From an uncultured Candidatus Saccharibacteria bacterium (GTDB taxonomy: Bacteria > Patescibacteriota > WWE3 > UBA101185 > UBA10185), in assembly GCA_964490125.1 (NCBI GenBank), contig CAZBAJ010000001.1, forward strand, positions 152,243 to 216,242: a stretch of DNA of 64,000 nucleotides, written 5' to 3'. The notes beneath the pieces are model-generated. The model was not told where the DNA came from. It worked only from the letters and a program-made list of their open reading frames with translations, and did not search any database. This document shows, piece after piece, positions 29,004 through 38,293 of the stretch. Within the stretch, counting starts at the first letter, position 1, and each line of letters begins with the position of its first letter. The translations under genes and the position numbers were made by a program.

Positions 29004-29573
29004 TTATGGCGTATTGACGAATGGATGAATTTCGGCCTTTGTTAGCAAACGAGACGAGGAGCAACGATTCATCATTGCGATGCTTGGCTTATGAGCAAAA
29101 CCCACATACTCCACGGTTTTACCTTTGGATACAACTTTTTTGATTGCAGGCGTCAGATCGGTATCAGATGAGACCAAGATGATTCGATCACATAGATTTT
29201 CATAACATGCCTCTAGCATGTCTACGGCTAATTGAACATCCACGCCTTTTTCGTGAAAAGCGTTGTTAGATTTAAGAAGAAAGCCGAGTTTATATCTGAA
29301 CCCATCCGACCTAAGTCTGGCTAGGAGTTTTTGCTGGTCGGCGTGTAGCCGGTTTACTTTCGCCGATCCATCTTGTTTTACAGCCCCAACATAATAAACC
29401 GATTTTTGTAGATTACCGTTTCCTGTTAGAAAGTTGGCAAAAGCTTTAAAATCGAAGTCGACAAGATTGTGGTAACCGATATCTTTCAGCTTAAAATAAA
29501 AGTTACTTCCGTCTATTAGAATGACGCACCTCTCAGGCATTTTATTTTTTGGGGCAAAAATTTTCCCCTGCAA
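29004..29573 (-). CDS. NYN domain (LabA-like) protein
   Basis: ILIDGSNFY...GVDVQLAVDM...ILVSSDTDLTP matches the NYN/PIN-like pattern. The real start may be Met 29540. Confidence 0.7.
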   Translation of the reverse strand: MQGKIFAPKNKMPERCVILIDGSNFYFKLKDIGYHNLVDFDFKAFANFLTGNGNLQKSVYYVGAVKQDGSAKVNRLHADQQKLLARLRSDGFRYKLGFLLKSNNAFHEKGVDVQLAVDMLEACYENLCDRIILVSSDTDLTPAIKKVVSKGKTVEYVGFAHKPSIAMMNRCSSSRLLTKAEIHPFVNTP

Positions 29574-29648
29574 ACAGCTCGCGCTCTCGCAGGGGGGTTA
29601 AGTGTTAGTAATATATCATAATGGGACTAAAAATGCAAGCAACACCAA

Positions 29649-30323
29649 TCAGTATTTTCTGCTTGTTAGTTTAAAGCTACCGTCGTCGTCAATTTCCATG
29701 TAGTTAGCCCAGCCAAAGTTAAAAAAGCCAATATCCAAAAAGTTTGACTTGGTGTCTATATACGGGCGATGCGTGTGACCGCAAACCAAAATCTCTCCCG
29801 GCTCGCCAATTGCGGATCTCTCTTGAAGTGGGATGTGATTTATAAAAGCGGGCAAAACTTTAGGTCCAAAAAGTCCAAAGCCCACTTGTTGGACTAAATT
29901 AGCTACCCACAGTCTGGTTTTGCGCCAGGCAGTGCCGGCTTGATTTTTGTGTTCTAACAGACATTTTTCTGTATGTTTTGGGAACAAAAATTCGTGACCG
30001 TGTCTAAATAAATACCTGTGCGACGGGGTTTCCAGGACATATTCATCAACGGCTTTAGTGCAAAAGCGCAAAACTCGGTCGTCCGAATACATTTTATGAT
30101 CGTGGTTGCCGTATACATAAACAGCGTCTTTTTGTTTTAACAAAGGGAAAAGTTTATTCCAACCCGACTCCAAAAAGTCGTCAAAAGAAATTGCCAAACC
30201 CTCCCAAAAATCGCCGTTAATAATAACTCTGTCCGACTTGGAAATAAGCGCGGATAGGGCGTTAAACAGCTTTTTATTAAATTTGGTGGACAAATGCGTG
30301 TCCGAGAAAACCAGGGTCTGCAT
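29649..30323 (-). CDS. Calcineurin-like metallophosphoesterase (LpxH/YfcE-like)
   Basis: DTHL, GDFWEG, GNHDH, RHGHEF and GHTHRP motifs are present. The start was trimmed to the internal Met (MQTLVFSDTHL). Confidence 0.75.
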   Translation of the reverse strand: MQTLVFSDTHLSTKFNKKLFNALSALISKSDRVIINGDFWEGLAISFDDFLESGWNKLFPLLKQKDAVYVYGNHDHKMYSDDRVLRFCTKAVDEYVLETPSHRYLFRHGHEFLFPKHTEKCLLEHKNQAGTAWRKTRLWVANLVQQVGFGLFGPKVLPAFINHIPLQERSAIGEPGEILVCGHTHRPYIDTKSNFLDIGFFNFGWANYMEIDDDGSFKLTSRKY

Positions 30324-30396
30324 AAGTAGTAATTTTAGCAAGTTTTTGAACCGCTTGCTTTGAGTTGCTTTGAGCGTGGTATGGAGAGATTGGTTT

Positions 30397-31305
30397 TTAC
30401 TCAATAAAGCCGTTTGGGTCCTTTTGCACATCGCGGTGTAAAAGATCAGGAATACAGATTTTCTTTGCAGTATCAGGACAGACGTTTTCGCCATTAACAC
30501 ATTGGTATCTACAAGTATGAGCAATGCCACAGTCGCTGTTTGTATCGCATTTTTTTACGCAGGTATTGGGTCCTTGGTTACTGTGGTCTCCTTTTAGCAC
30601 ACATATTGAATCTGACGCGCAGTCGTAGTTTGTATTACAGGGATTGAGAGGATACTCCGGCAATTTGACTTTAAAATATTCTGCTGCTTTTGTAATAACA
30701 CCCTTGGTTGAAAAGCGATTGTTGGCAAAACACATAGTAGCCTTAATATTTTCAGGCACTTTCTTTTCGGCGTCTTTTACCCAGTCTTGAGTTATTGGCT
30801 CTTCGGGACTAACCGTTCTTTTGTCTGCATCGGTAACTAGCCATTTATTGTTTTTATATTCCATCTTGAACAATGGAAACCCACCCCCACCACTTTCTCC
30901 TCTTAAATCCCCGTCGATCAACAAAACGCTACCACAATTATTAAGAGCGTAAACTATTTTTTCTCCGTCATTTAAAGGCTGTTCCCATAAAATCTCTACC
31001 GCACAAAAAAACTTGCTACCTGGCGATCTAAAATACGCATCTTTTTCTTTGGTGAGTAAGTATTGCTCAATAGCCAACTCCTCTGATTCTTTGTTTGACG
31101 GGATAACTGTTTTACTAATATTATTAGCTTTAGATAAATTAAATACAATTAGTATGACAACTATAAGTAAAAACCCCATTAAAACAACAACCGCACTCGA
31201 TCTTCCTGGCTGTATGGGAAATCCTTCAAACAGCTTTCCGATAACTTTGTTTGGCGAATCTGCATTCGTAAAGGGTAGGGTTTCCATAAGTGGTAATTTT
31301 AGCAA
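30397..31305 (-). CDS. Membrane-anchored secreted protein with a Cys-rich (12 Cys) C-terminal domain; hypothetical
   Basis: A TM anchor, a GGGG linker and then CNTNYDCASDSICV...CVKKCDTNSDCGIAHTCRYQCVNGENVCP. Confidence 0.4.
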   Translation of the reverse strand: MLKLPLMETLPFTNADSPNKVIGKLFEGFPIQPGRSSAVVVLMGFLLIVVILIVFNLSKANNISKTVIPSNKESEELAIEQYLLTKEKDAYFRSPGSKFFCAVEILWEQPLNDGEKIVYALNNCGSVLLIDGDLRGESGGGGFPLFKMEYKNNKWLVTDADKRTVSPEEPITQDWVKDAEKKVPENIKATMCFANNRFSTKGVITKAAEYFKVKLPEYPLNPCNTNYDCASDSICVLKGDHSNQGPNTCVKKCDTNSDCGIAHTCRYQCVNGENVCPDTAKKICIPDLLHRDVQKDPNGFIE

Positions 31306-31323
31306 GTTTTTAGGTTTTCCGCT

Positions 31324-31398
31324 TGGAGCGAGAGACGGGGATCGAACCCGCGACCTTCTCCTTGGGAAGGAGACATTCTACCACTGAACTACTCTCGC
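31324..31398 (-). tRNA. tRNA-Trp (anticodon CCA), CCA encoded
   Basis: Reverse-complement cloverleaf: acceptor gcgagag/ctctcgc, anticodon stem ctcct/aggag with loop tcCCAag. Confidence 0.9.
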
Positions 31399-31472
31399 AA
31401 TATGTCGTTCTAAAATACGAGCCTTTACTAAAAAAGCAACCTAATTATACAGCAATTATTCAGAATAATTTT

Positions 31473-31916
31473 ATGGGTATTGACAAACTAATACTCTTAA
31501 TGCAACATAAGATCATGTCTGATGAAATTGCATCTATTACAGTTAATGAAGCGGATATGGAACTAGAGGAAGCTCAGAGGGACGAGCGTGTCGGAACTTT
31601 AACATCGGATGTATTCCATCTGGCTACGAGTTGTCTAGTAGAAGGCGGTAAAGTCACGGAGAGTTCTTTAGATAGGGTTAGCGATATTTGTTTTGATGCG
31701 GTAATAAAGGGAGCAAATTCTGATGAGGCATTAGCACTTGCGGAGTATCGTAGATGGATGGGAGGTCTTCTGGCTTCCGACTTAGGTGTCGAGGCCGTTA
31801 AAAACTGTGGCAAACAGGGTGTAATGACTGCGTTAAATAATCCTGAATTTCTCCCGGTGTATGCAAGACGCCATGGATTAATCGCAGTAGAGGAAATCGC
31901 AACCCGTGCATTGTAG
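31473..31916 (+). CDS. Hypothetical acidic protein (147 aa)
   Basis: The ORF-track ORF was trimmed to the first Met downstream of tRNA-Trp. No recognisable motif. Confidence 0.4.
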   Translation: MGIDKLILLMQHKIMSDEIASITVNEADMELEEAQRDERVGTLTSDVFHLATSCLVEGGKVTESSLDRVSDICFDAVIKGANSDEALALAEYRRWMGGLLASDLGVEAVKNCGKQGVMTALNNPEFLPVYARRHGLIAVEEIATRAL

Positions 31917-31939
31917 TGGACCCTTTCTTTGCTGTTAAA

Positions 31940-32383
31940 TTAAGGTATCTGTAGTATCTGACCAGGGAAAATTAGCGCTTGGGAGCCGTTTGGTAAAAAG
32001 CCTACATCATCCGTGTTTGCCTGGAGAATGTTGACCCATAGAGATCCGTCACCATACACGCCCTCCGCAATTTCCCACAAAGTGTCGCCGGATTTAACCG
32101 TGTACGGTTTTTCAGTAATGTCGCCTTTTACATAGTCATTAGCAACCCAGGTAGTGGGTGTGCTAACAGTACTATCGGTTGAATCTGTTGATTCGCCGGC
32201 AACATCCTTGTCCGACTCATAGTCGCCCAAATTTTCCGTAAATGCAGAACTAGTGTCCGGTAGATTTTCAAACGATTTATCCGAATTTTTAGTTAGGTAA
32301 AATTTAACCTGATCAAAAGTCCAATAAGAAAATAGCGCCACAAAAACTAACGCAAGGAACGCTAAAGCTTTATTATTTTTCAT
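31940..32383 (-). CDS. LysM domain protein with an N-terminal TM anchor
   Basis: A C-terminal LysM-like segment (YTVKSGDTLWEIAEGVYGDGSLWVNILQANTD) is present. Confidence 0.75.
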   Translation of the reverse strand: MKNNKALAFLALVFVALFSYWTFDQVKFYLTKNSDKSFENLPDTSSAFTENLGDYESDKDVAGESTDSTDSTVSTPTTWVANDYVKGDITEKPYTVKSGDTLWEIAEGVYGDGSLWVNILQANTDDVGFLPNGSQALIFPGQILQIP

Positions 32384-32430
32384 ACCAACCTTTCTGGGGC
32401 GTGTTTACAAAATTTTGGCAGTACGACATT

Positions 32431-32507
32431 TGGCGGGACCGGCCGGTCTCGAACCGGTGACCTCTTCCGTGACAGGGAAGCGCTCTAACCAACTGAGCTA
32501 CGGCCCC
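32431..32507 (-). tRNA. tRNA-Asp (anticodon GUC), CCA encoded
   Basis: Reverse-complement cloverleaf: anticodon stem cttcc/ggaag with loop ctGTCac. Its shape resembles E. coli tRNA-Asp. The T-stem has one mismatch. Confidence 0.85.
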
Positions 32508-32567
32508 AAGTGTGGTTAGAATTTAGCAGAATGGGTGGATTTAGTCAATAAAAATTGTTAGTATAAT

Positions 32568-34343
32568 GTGGTGCAACTAAAACCCCAAACAGAGTTTAGA
32601 TTTACCAACAAAGAAATAGCGCGTTTTCTTAAGGAAGCTCTAGCAGCAATGGAAATTAAGGGCGCTAATGTGTTTAAAATCCGCGCGTATCAAAATGCTA
32701 TTATGTCCATTGAGTCTATTACAAATAGCGTGTACGACTTGTGGCAGAATAACCAGCTTGACCAAATTATTGGCATGGGCGTCGCCCTAAAAAGTCACAT
32801 TAACGAGCTTTTTACTGCGGGCGAGGTAGGGGAGTTTAAGGCGTTAAAAAAGGATTTACCGGCTGGCATGTTTGCGCTTATTGGAATTAAGGGCGTAGGA
32901 GCAAAAACCGCGTTTAAGTTGGCTACGGCTTTTAAGTTGGATAACGGGGAGACGGCGGTGGAAAAGGTTAAGGAAGCTGCGCTGGCAGGAAAAATTAGGA
33001 TGCTTGACGGTTTTGCGGAGAAAAAGGAGGCAGACATTTTAAAGGCAATTGATCAAGAGACTATGAATAAAAATGTTATGCCTAGGTTGCTACTGCCTCA
33101 AGCGGAGGAAATTGCGGGTAGAGTGTTGGAGTATCTTAAAGCATGTCCGCAGGTTTTAGAGGCGGAAGCTTTAGGATCGTTGCGTAGGAAAGCCTCAACG
33201 GTAGGGGATTTGGACATTGCTGTGGCTACCAAGGCGCCGGAAGCGGTTATTAAGCACTTTTTGGCTTTTAACGAGGTTGACCGGGTAACTGGTGAAGGTG
33301 ACAAAAAAGCCTCTGTTAGGCTAAAAAATGGGGTACAGGTGGATGTTAGAACCAGCGACCCCGCAAGTTTTGGCTCTATGAAGCAGTATTTTACGGGTTC
33401 TAAACAGCATAATGTGTTACTTAGATCTTTTGCTTTAGGTAAAGGACTTTCGCTTTCGGAATACGGAATTAAGGTTGGTGGAAAGTTACAGCCCGTTGCC
33501 AAAGAAGAAGACTTTTACAAAAAAGTGGGACTTACTTGGATACCGCCGGAATTGCGTCAGGGTAAAGAGGAGGTGGAATTAGCTTCTCAAAACAAATTGC
33601 CTGTTTTAATTAATCTGTCCGACATTATGGGCGATATTCATGTTCACACTACCGCGTCCGACGGAGTTAATACCTTACCGGAAATGGTAGAGGGTGCAAT
33701 AAAGCTGGGTTATAAGTACATTGGAATTTCCGACCATTCACCTAGTCTGCAAACCAGAGGTAAGTACGAGGTTTTAGGTATTATTGAGAGCCTAAGAAAT
33801 ACTATTGAGCAAATAAATAGTTCACAAAAAGACATACGAGTACTTTTTGGGTACGAAGTTAATATTTTGGTTGATGGAAAGATGTCTTTGTCCGACGATG
33901 TGTTGGAAAAGTTGGACTATGTGGTGGCGTCGGTCCACACCTCGTTTGACCAGTCCAGAGAAGTTGCTACAGAAAGAATGCTTTGCGCTATAAGGAATCC
34001 TCTAGTGACAGTTATAGGACATCCTACAGGTCGGTTGATAAATGAAAGAGAGCCGCTAGACCTAGACTGGGATAGAATTTTTGACGCTTGTTTAGAGTTC
34101 GACAAAATTCTGGAGATAAATTCCCAACCCAACCGCCTAGATTTGCCCGAAGATTTAGTTTACACCGCGCAAAAAAAAGGTCTTAAGTTTATAATCAGCA
34201 GTGACGCGCACTCTGTAGACAGTCTTACTTACATGTCGTACGGCATAAATACGGCTAGGCGTGGTTGGCTTACTAAAAAGTCTGTAATAAATACCTTGTC
34301 GACCGAAGACTTGCTTAAAAAATTTGTGCGGTATAATAAATAA
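32568..34343 (+). CDS. polX: DNA polymerase X family protein with a C-terminal PHP phosphoesterase domain (PolX)
   Basis: HhH motifs (GIKGVGAKTAFKL), a Pol beta-like nucleotidyltransferase segment (GSLRRKASTVGDLDIAVAT) and a PHP segment (HVHTTASDG...GISDHS) are present. Confidence 0.85.
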   Translation: MVQLKPQTEFRFTNKEIARFLKEALAAMEIKGANVFKIRAYQNAIMSIESITNSVYDLWQNNQLDQIIGMGVALKSHINELFTAGEVGEFKALKKDLPAGMFALIGIKGVGAKTAFKLATAFKLDNGETAVEKVKEAALAGKIRMLDGFAEKKEADILKAIDQETMNKNVMPRLLLPQAEEIAGRVLEYLKACPQVLEAEALGSLRRKASTVGDLDIAVATKAPEAVIKHFLAFNEVDRVTGEGDKKASVRLKNGVQVDVRTSDPASFGSMKQYFTGSKQHNVLLRSFALGKGLSLSEYGIKVGGKLQPVAKEEDFYKKVGLTWIPPELRQGKEEVELASQNKLPVLINLSDIMGDIHVHTTASDGVNTLPEMVEGAIKLGYKYIGISDHSPSLQTRGKYEVLGIIESLRNTIEQINSSQKDIRVLFGYEVNILVDGKMSLSDDVLEKLDYVVASVHTSFDQSREVATERMLCAIRNPLVTVIGHPTGRLINEREPLDLDWDRIFDACLEFDKILEINSQPNRLDLPEDLVYTAQKKGLKFIISSDAHSVDSLTYMSYGINTARRGWLTKKSVINTLSTEDLLKKFVRYNK

Positions 34344-34368
34344 AATTTGTGTTTGCAAAGGAGGAAAC

Positions 34369-34920
34369 ATGGTACCAACATTACTTCTTATTGCTCTGCC
34401 GGTTTTGGCAGTAGTGTATTTAATTGGGATTTACAATTCCCTGGCGTCCTTGCGGGTAAAAGTTAAAGAGGCTTGGAGCGGAATTGATGTCCAGTTAAAG
34501 CGACGAATTGATTTGATCCCAAATTTGGTGGAGACGGTTAAGGCTTATGCCAAGCATGAGAAAGAGGTTTTTGACTCGGTTACGCAGGCGCGGTCAGCTC
34601 TTATGAACGCGGGTTCGCATAAAGACGCTTTGCAGGCGGACGGTCAGCTCACGGGTGCATTAAAATCTCTTTTTGCTGTGGCGGAGGCTTACCCGGAATT
34701 AAAAGCGCAGGAAGGTTTTATCAAGTTGCAGGGCGAGCTTAGCGACACAGAAAGCAAAATTGCCTATTCCCGTCAGTTTTATAACAGCGTTGTGCGGGAA
34801 ATGAATTCCAGAATTGTAACTTTCCCAGGCAATGTTTTTGCTAATATGTTTGGGTTTAAGCAGGAAGACTTTTTTGAAGCGCAGGAGGGCGAGCGGGAAG
34901 CAGTAAAAGTTTCCTTTTAG
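34369..34920 (+). CDS. lemA: LemA family protein
   Basis: A strong SD AAAGGAGG sits 6 nt before ATG 34369. An N-terminal TM helix and LemA-like DLIPNLVETVKAYAKHEKEVF are present. Confidence 0.8.
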   Translation: MVPTLLLIALPVLAVVYLIGIYNSLASLRVKVKEAWSGIDVQLKRRIDLIPNLVETVKAYAKHEKEVFDSVTQARSALMNAGSHKDALQADGQLTGALKSLFAVAEAYPELKAQEGFIKLQGELSDTESKIAYSRQFYNSVVREMNSRIVTFPGNVFANMFGFKQEDFFEAQEGEREAVKVSF

Positions 34921-34995
34921 TTGAAGTTGAAGCATTGTTAGGAGGGATTTGTGCCATTTGAGGAGTCGGGTGGGTTTAGAACATCGTAAGAGCGA

Positions 34996-35062
34996 GAAAA
35001 TTTGCGGAATTCGAAGGATGGGCGCGAAGCAGGGACCCATCCTAAGAAGGACGCAAATTTTC
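34996..35062 (+). promoter_or_regulatory. Nested inverted repeats between lemA and htpX (outer gaaaatttgcg/cgcaaattttc; inner ggatggg/cccatcc)
   Basis: Seen directly in the sequence. It ends 18 nt before the htpX ATG. Confidence 0.4.
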
Positions 35063-35079
35063 GAGTAAAAGGATAAAAC

Positions 35080-35976
35080 ATGAACATCTACAACCGTATC
35101 GACGAAAACAAAAGACAAACTGTCTACATAATGCTGGCTTTTACCGCCGTAATTTCCGCGGTTGGTTATTTTGCCGGGCAGTATTTTGGCGACGGTTCCG
35201 GATTCACCTTTTTAGGTGGGGCGCTCATCTTTAGTGGAATTTCCGGCTTTATTAGCTACTACCAAAGCGACAAAATAGTTTTGGCAATTTCCGGGGCAAA
35301 AGAAGTTAAAGAGTCGGACAATCCTTATATACACAACTTGGTAGAAAATTTATGCATTGGTTCCGGTCTGCCCAAACCAAAAATTTATGTTATTAACGAC
35401 TCTGCTATGAACGCCTTTGCCACCGGTCGCGATCCAAATCATGCGGTAATTTGTTTTACTACAGGAATTATTGAGCGACTTAACAAGCTGGAATTGGAAG
35501 GTGTAACCGCGCACGAGCTTTCTCACATTGGTAATTACGACATTAGATTTATGTCGGTGGTGAGTGTTTTAGTTGGTACGGTGGTGCTACTTTCCGACTG
35601 GTTCACCCGAGGCATGTTTTACGGTAGAGGCAGAAAAAGCGACAGAAGTGAAGGTTCGGGACTCTTGATGCTGGTGGGGTTGTTTTTTCTGATTTTAAGT
35701 CCAATAATTGCTACTCTAATTAAGCTTGCTTTAAGTCGGTCTAGGGAATATTTGGCGGACTCTTCTGCGGTCCTTTTAACCCGTTATCCTAAAGGTTTGG
35801 CGGATGCATTAAGAAAAATTTCCGGCGACCGAGAAGTGTTAGAAGCCGCTAACGGAGCCACGGCGCATCTTTACATAACAAACCCGCTAAAGGGCGAACA
35901 GGCTAGTTTTGTGGCAAATTTATTTAGCACCCATCCACCGGTTGCGGAGCGCATCAAAAAGCTGGAGGAAATGTAA
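35080..35976 (+). CDS. htpX: Zinc metalloprotease HtpX (M48 family)
   Basis: An HELSH zinc-binding motif and four TM helices in M48 topology. Confidence 0.85.
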   Translation: MNIYNRIDENKRQTVYIMLAFTAVISAVGYFAGQYFGDGSGFTFLGGALIFSGISGFISYYQSDKIVLAISGAKEVKESDNPYIHNLVENLCIGSGLPKPKIYVINDSAMNAFATGRDPNHAVICFTTGIIERLNKLELEGVTAHELSHIGNYDIRFMSVVSVLVGTVVLLSDWFTRGMFYGRGRKSDRSEGSGLLMLVGLFFLILSPIIATLIKLALSRSREYLADSSAVLLTRYPKGLADALRKISGDREVLEAANGATAHLYITNPLKGEQASFVANLFSTHPPVAERIKKLEEM

Positions 35977-36279
35977 ATGGCTAATGTAAAGCTTTCTGTT
36001 GACGAGGTTTGCGCGATTGCAAAACTAGTAAAACTCCAACTTACAGACGAGGAGATAGAAAAATTTAGGGAAACTATCCCGCAGACTTTGGATGTTATTG
36101 ATATTTTAAAGGAGCTGGATACAGTTACGGTTGTTCCCACAAGTTCGGTTACGGGTTTGTGCAATGTTTACGCGGACGACTCTACTGGGGCAACTCTCCC
36201 GCAGGATTTAGCTCTGTCCAATGCCCATCAAGCAGAAAAAGGTTTGTTTGTAACAAAGGCGGTTTTTGACAGAACATGA
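35977..36279 (+). CDS. gatC: Asp/Glu-tRNA amidotransferase subunit C
   Basis: A ~100-aa protein with a GatC-like N-terminus (VDEVCAIAKLVKLQLTDEEIEKF). It lies directly upstream of gatA. Confidence 0.8.
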   Translation: MANVKLSVDEVCAIAKLVKLQLTDEEIEKFRETIPQTLDVIDILKELDTVTVVPTSSVTGLCNVYADDSTGATLPQDLALSNAHQAEKGLFVTKAVFDRT

Positions 36280-37682
36280 AGAAATTAAACGAATTAACAG
36301 TTTTAGAGGCGGTGGAGGGTTTAAAGTCGAAAATCTTTACTTCTTACGACCTTACCAAGGCTTGTTTGGATCAGATTGCCGACTTTGACGATGAACTAAA
36401 AGCCTTTGTAACCATTCTTAAAGCAGAAGCGCTAGTGCAAGCCGATTCGGCGGATAGAATAATCGACAGGTTAGGTGTTGACGCCTTCACAAGTCAGCCT
36501 TTACTGGGAATTCCTTATGCCTGCAAAGATAATTATTCAACCAAAGGCGTTAAGACCACCGCATCGTCAAGAATGCTAGAAAACTACATTCCGCCGTCTG
36601 AATCCACGGTCACAGAAAAACTAAGCAAAGCAGGCGCAATAATGCTTGGTAAAACTAATATGGACGCTTTTGCACACGGGTCGTCCACAGAAACCTCCGA
36701 TTTTTTTAAAACTAAAAATCCTCACGACAAAACAAGATCGCCAGGTGGATCTTCCGGGGGCTCTGCTTGTGCCGTTGCCTCAAACATGTGTATTTTTGCA
36801 ACTGGTTCAGAAACCGCCGGGAGTTTAAGGGGTCCTGCCAGTTGGTGTGGTATTGTAGGGTTAAAACCAACTTACGGAAGGGTTAGTAGATACGGGTTGA
36901 TTGCCATGGCTTCGTCAACCGATTCTCCCGGTCCGCTTACAAAAACTGTTCAAGATGGCGCTTATATTTTAAAAGTAATTGCCGGCAAAGATTCTTTGGA
37001 TGCCACATCCTCTCCAACATCCGTAGAAGATTATTCAACAATTGATGTTAGAAACCTTACGGGTATTAAAATTGGTCGACCGAGAAGTTATTTTGGAATT
37101 GAATTAGAGCCAGCAGTGCGACAAAAAGCGGAGGAATTTTTGACAATGCTAAAAGAGCATGGGGCGGAAGTAGTGGATATGGAACTTCTATCGCCCAAAT
37201 ACTCCATTGCGGTTTACACCGTTTTACAGAGGTCGGAGGTTTCCTCAAATTTAGCAAGACTTGACGGGATAAGGTATGGAAATTCCAGGGAATTTTTTGG
37301 CCACGAGGCAAAAAATAGAATGATGTTGGGGGCATATACTTTAAGTGCAGGTTATTACGATGCTTATTATGCCAAAGCGCAAAAAGTTAGGACGCTAATC
37401 GTTAACGATTTTAATACAGCTTTTAGTAAGGTTGACTTAATAGTAGGTCCCACGATGCCTTGTACCGCGTTAAAGTTAGGAGAAAGCCAGAAATCCCCGA
37501 TATTTGGGGAGCTGATGGATGTTCTGGCGGAACCAAGCTCCATCGCAGGACTTCCGGCAATTTCTATCCCTTTTGGTGTTGATGATAAAAATTTGCCAAT
37601 TGGAATGCAGTTTATAGGTCCGCAATTTAGCGAGAAAAAACTTATTGAAGTAGCAAATTTCGTGGAGAAAACATGTCGTTAG
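36276..37682 (+). CDS. gatA: Asp/Glu-tRNA amidotransferase subunit A
   Basis: The amidase signature GGSSGGSACAVA and the Ser-cisSer-Lys context are present. Confidence 0.9.
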   Translation: MKKLNELTVLEAVEGLKSKIFTSYDLTKACLDQIADFDDELKAFVTILKAEALVQADSADRIIDRLGVDAFTSQPLLGIPYACKDNYSTKGVKTTASSRMLENYIPPSESTVTEKLSKAGAIMLGKTNMDAFAHGSSTETSDFFKTKNPHDKTRSPGGSSGGSACAVASNMCIFATGSETAGSLRGPASWCGIVGLKPTYGRVSRYGLIAMASSTDSPGPLTKTVQDGAYILKVIAGKDSLDATSSPTSVEDYSTIDVRNLTGIKIGRPRSYFGIELEPAVRQKAEEFLTMLKEHGAEVVDMELLSPKYSIAVYTVLQRSEVSSNLARLDGIRYGNSREFFGHEAKNRMMLGAYTLSAGYYDAYYAKAQKVRTLIVNDFNTAFSKVDLIVGPTMPCTALKLGESQKSPIFGELMDVLAEPSSIAGLPAISIPFGVDDKNLPIGMQFIGPQFSEKKLIEVANFVEKTCR

Positions 37683-38071
37683 CAGCATTTGTTAAAAAAG
37701 TCGTCAATTTTTTGCTTGGTAAAAAAACGGTTAGTGCCAGGGTTTTGGCTATGGTAACGCGTGATTGGCAGGAGATTGCTACATTGCTTAAGGGCGACTC
37801 GCCAAGTCAATTAAAGCAGGCGCTAATTATGGCGGACAGATCGTTGGACTCCGTGCTTAAAGATTTGGTTTCAGGGCAAACTATGGGCGACAGATTAAAA
37901 AATGCCAAAAATCTGTTTAGTCCCCAGTCGTACGACAAAATTTGGCAAGCCCACAAGTTAAGAAACTCCTTGGTGCATGAGAGTGGTTTTGAGGCTCAAG
38001 GCTTTATCATTAAAAACGCGGTCGGGCAATTTAAAGGAGCCATGAACGAGCTGGGTATTAAGGGGATATAA
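37673..38071 (+). CDS. HEPN-superfamily protein, DUF4145-like (Rx4H motif)
   Basis: KLRNSLVHE (Rx4HE) lies at the end of a helical domain, in a DUF4145-like pattern (LKNAKNLFSPQSYDKIWQAHKLRNSLVHE). The start overlaps the gatA stop (ATGTCGTTAG). Confidence 0.5.
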   Translation: MSLAAFVKKVVNFLLGKKTVSARVLAMVTRDWQEIATLLKGDSPSQLKQALIMADRSLDSVLKDLVSGQTMGDRLKNAKNLFSPQSYDKIWQAHKLRNSLVHESGFEAQGFIIKNAVGQFKGAMNELGIKGI

Positions 38072-38074
38072 CTT

Positions 38075-38293
38075 ATGGATAGCATAAAAATAGAGGCAAC
38101 ACTGCCGATAAAATACCAAAGGGATGGAAAGTATTATATAGCTGGGATTAAATCGGCCAATCTATTTTCTTCTGGTGATTCTTATCAATCTGCATGTGAT
38201 GATTTGCTAGAGACAACGGAAATTCTTATGGAAGAAGTGTTTGGTCCTAAAAAGCGAAACTCGTATAAAATAAGTTATCTTAAGGAAAAATAA
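38075..38293 (+). CDS. HicB-like (UPF0150) small protein
   Basis: IKIEATLPIKYQRDGKYYIAGIKSANLFSSGDSYQSACDDLLETTEILMEE resembles the HicB N-domain pattern. The stop abuts the gatB ATG. Confidence 0.4.
   Translation: MDSIKIEATLPIKYQRDGKYYIAGIKSANLFSSGDSYQSACDDLLETTEILMEEVFGPKKRNSYKISYLKEK

Noticed and set aside
31323-31472. ORF-track ORF 31323-31916 and ORF 31013-31387 overlapping tRNA-Trp
   Set aside because: The N-terminal parts are simply read-through of the tRNA gene. The ORF was trimmed to the first Met after the tRNA and the other was discarded.
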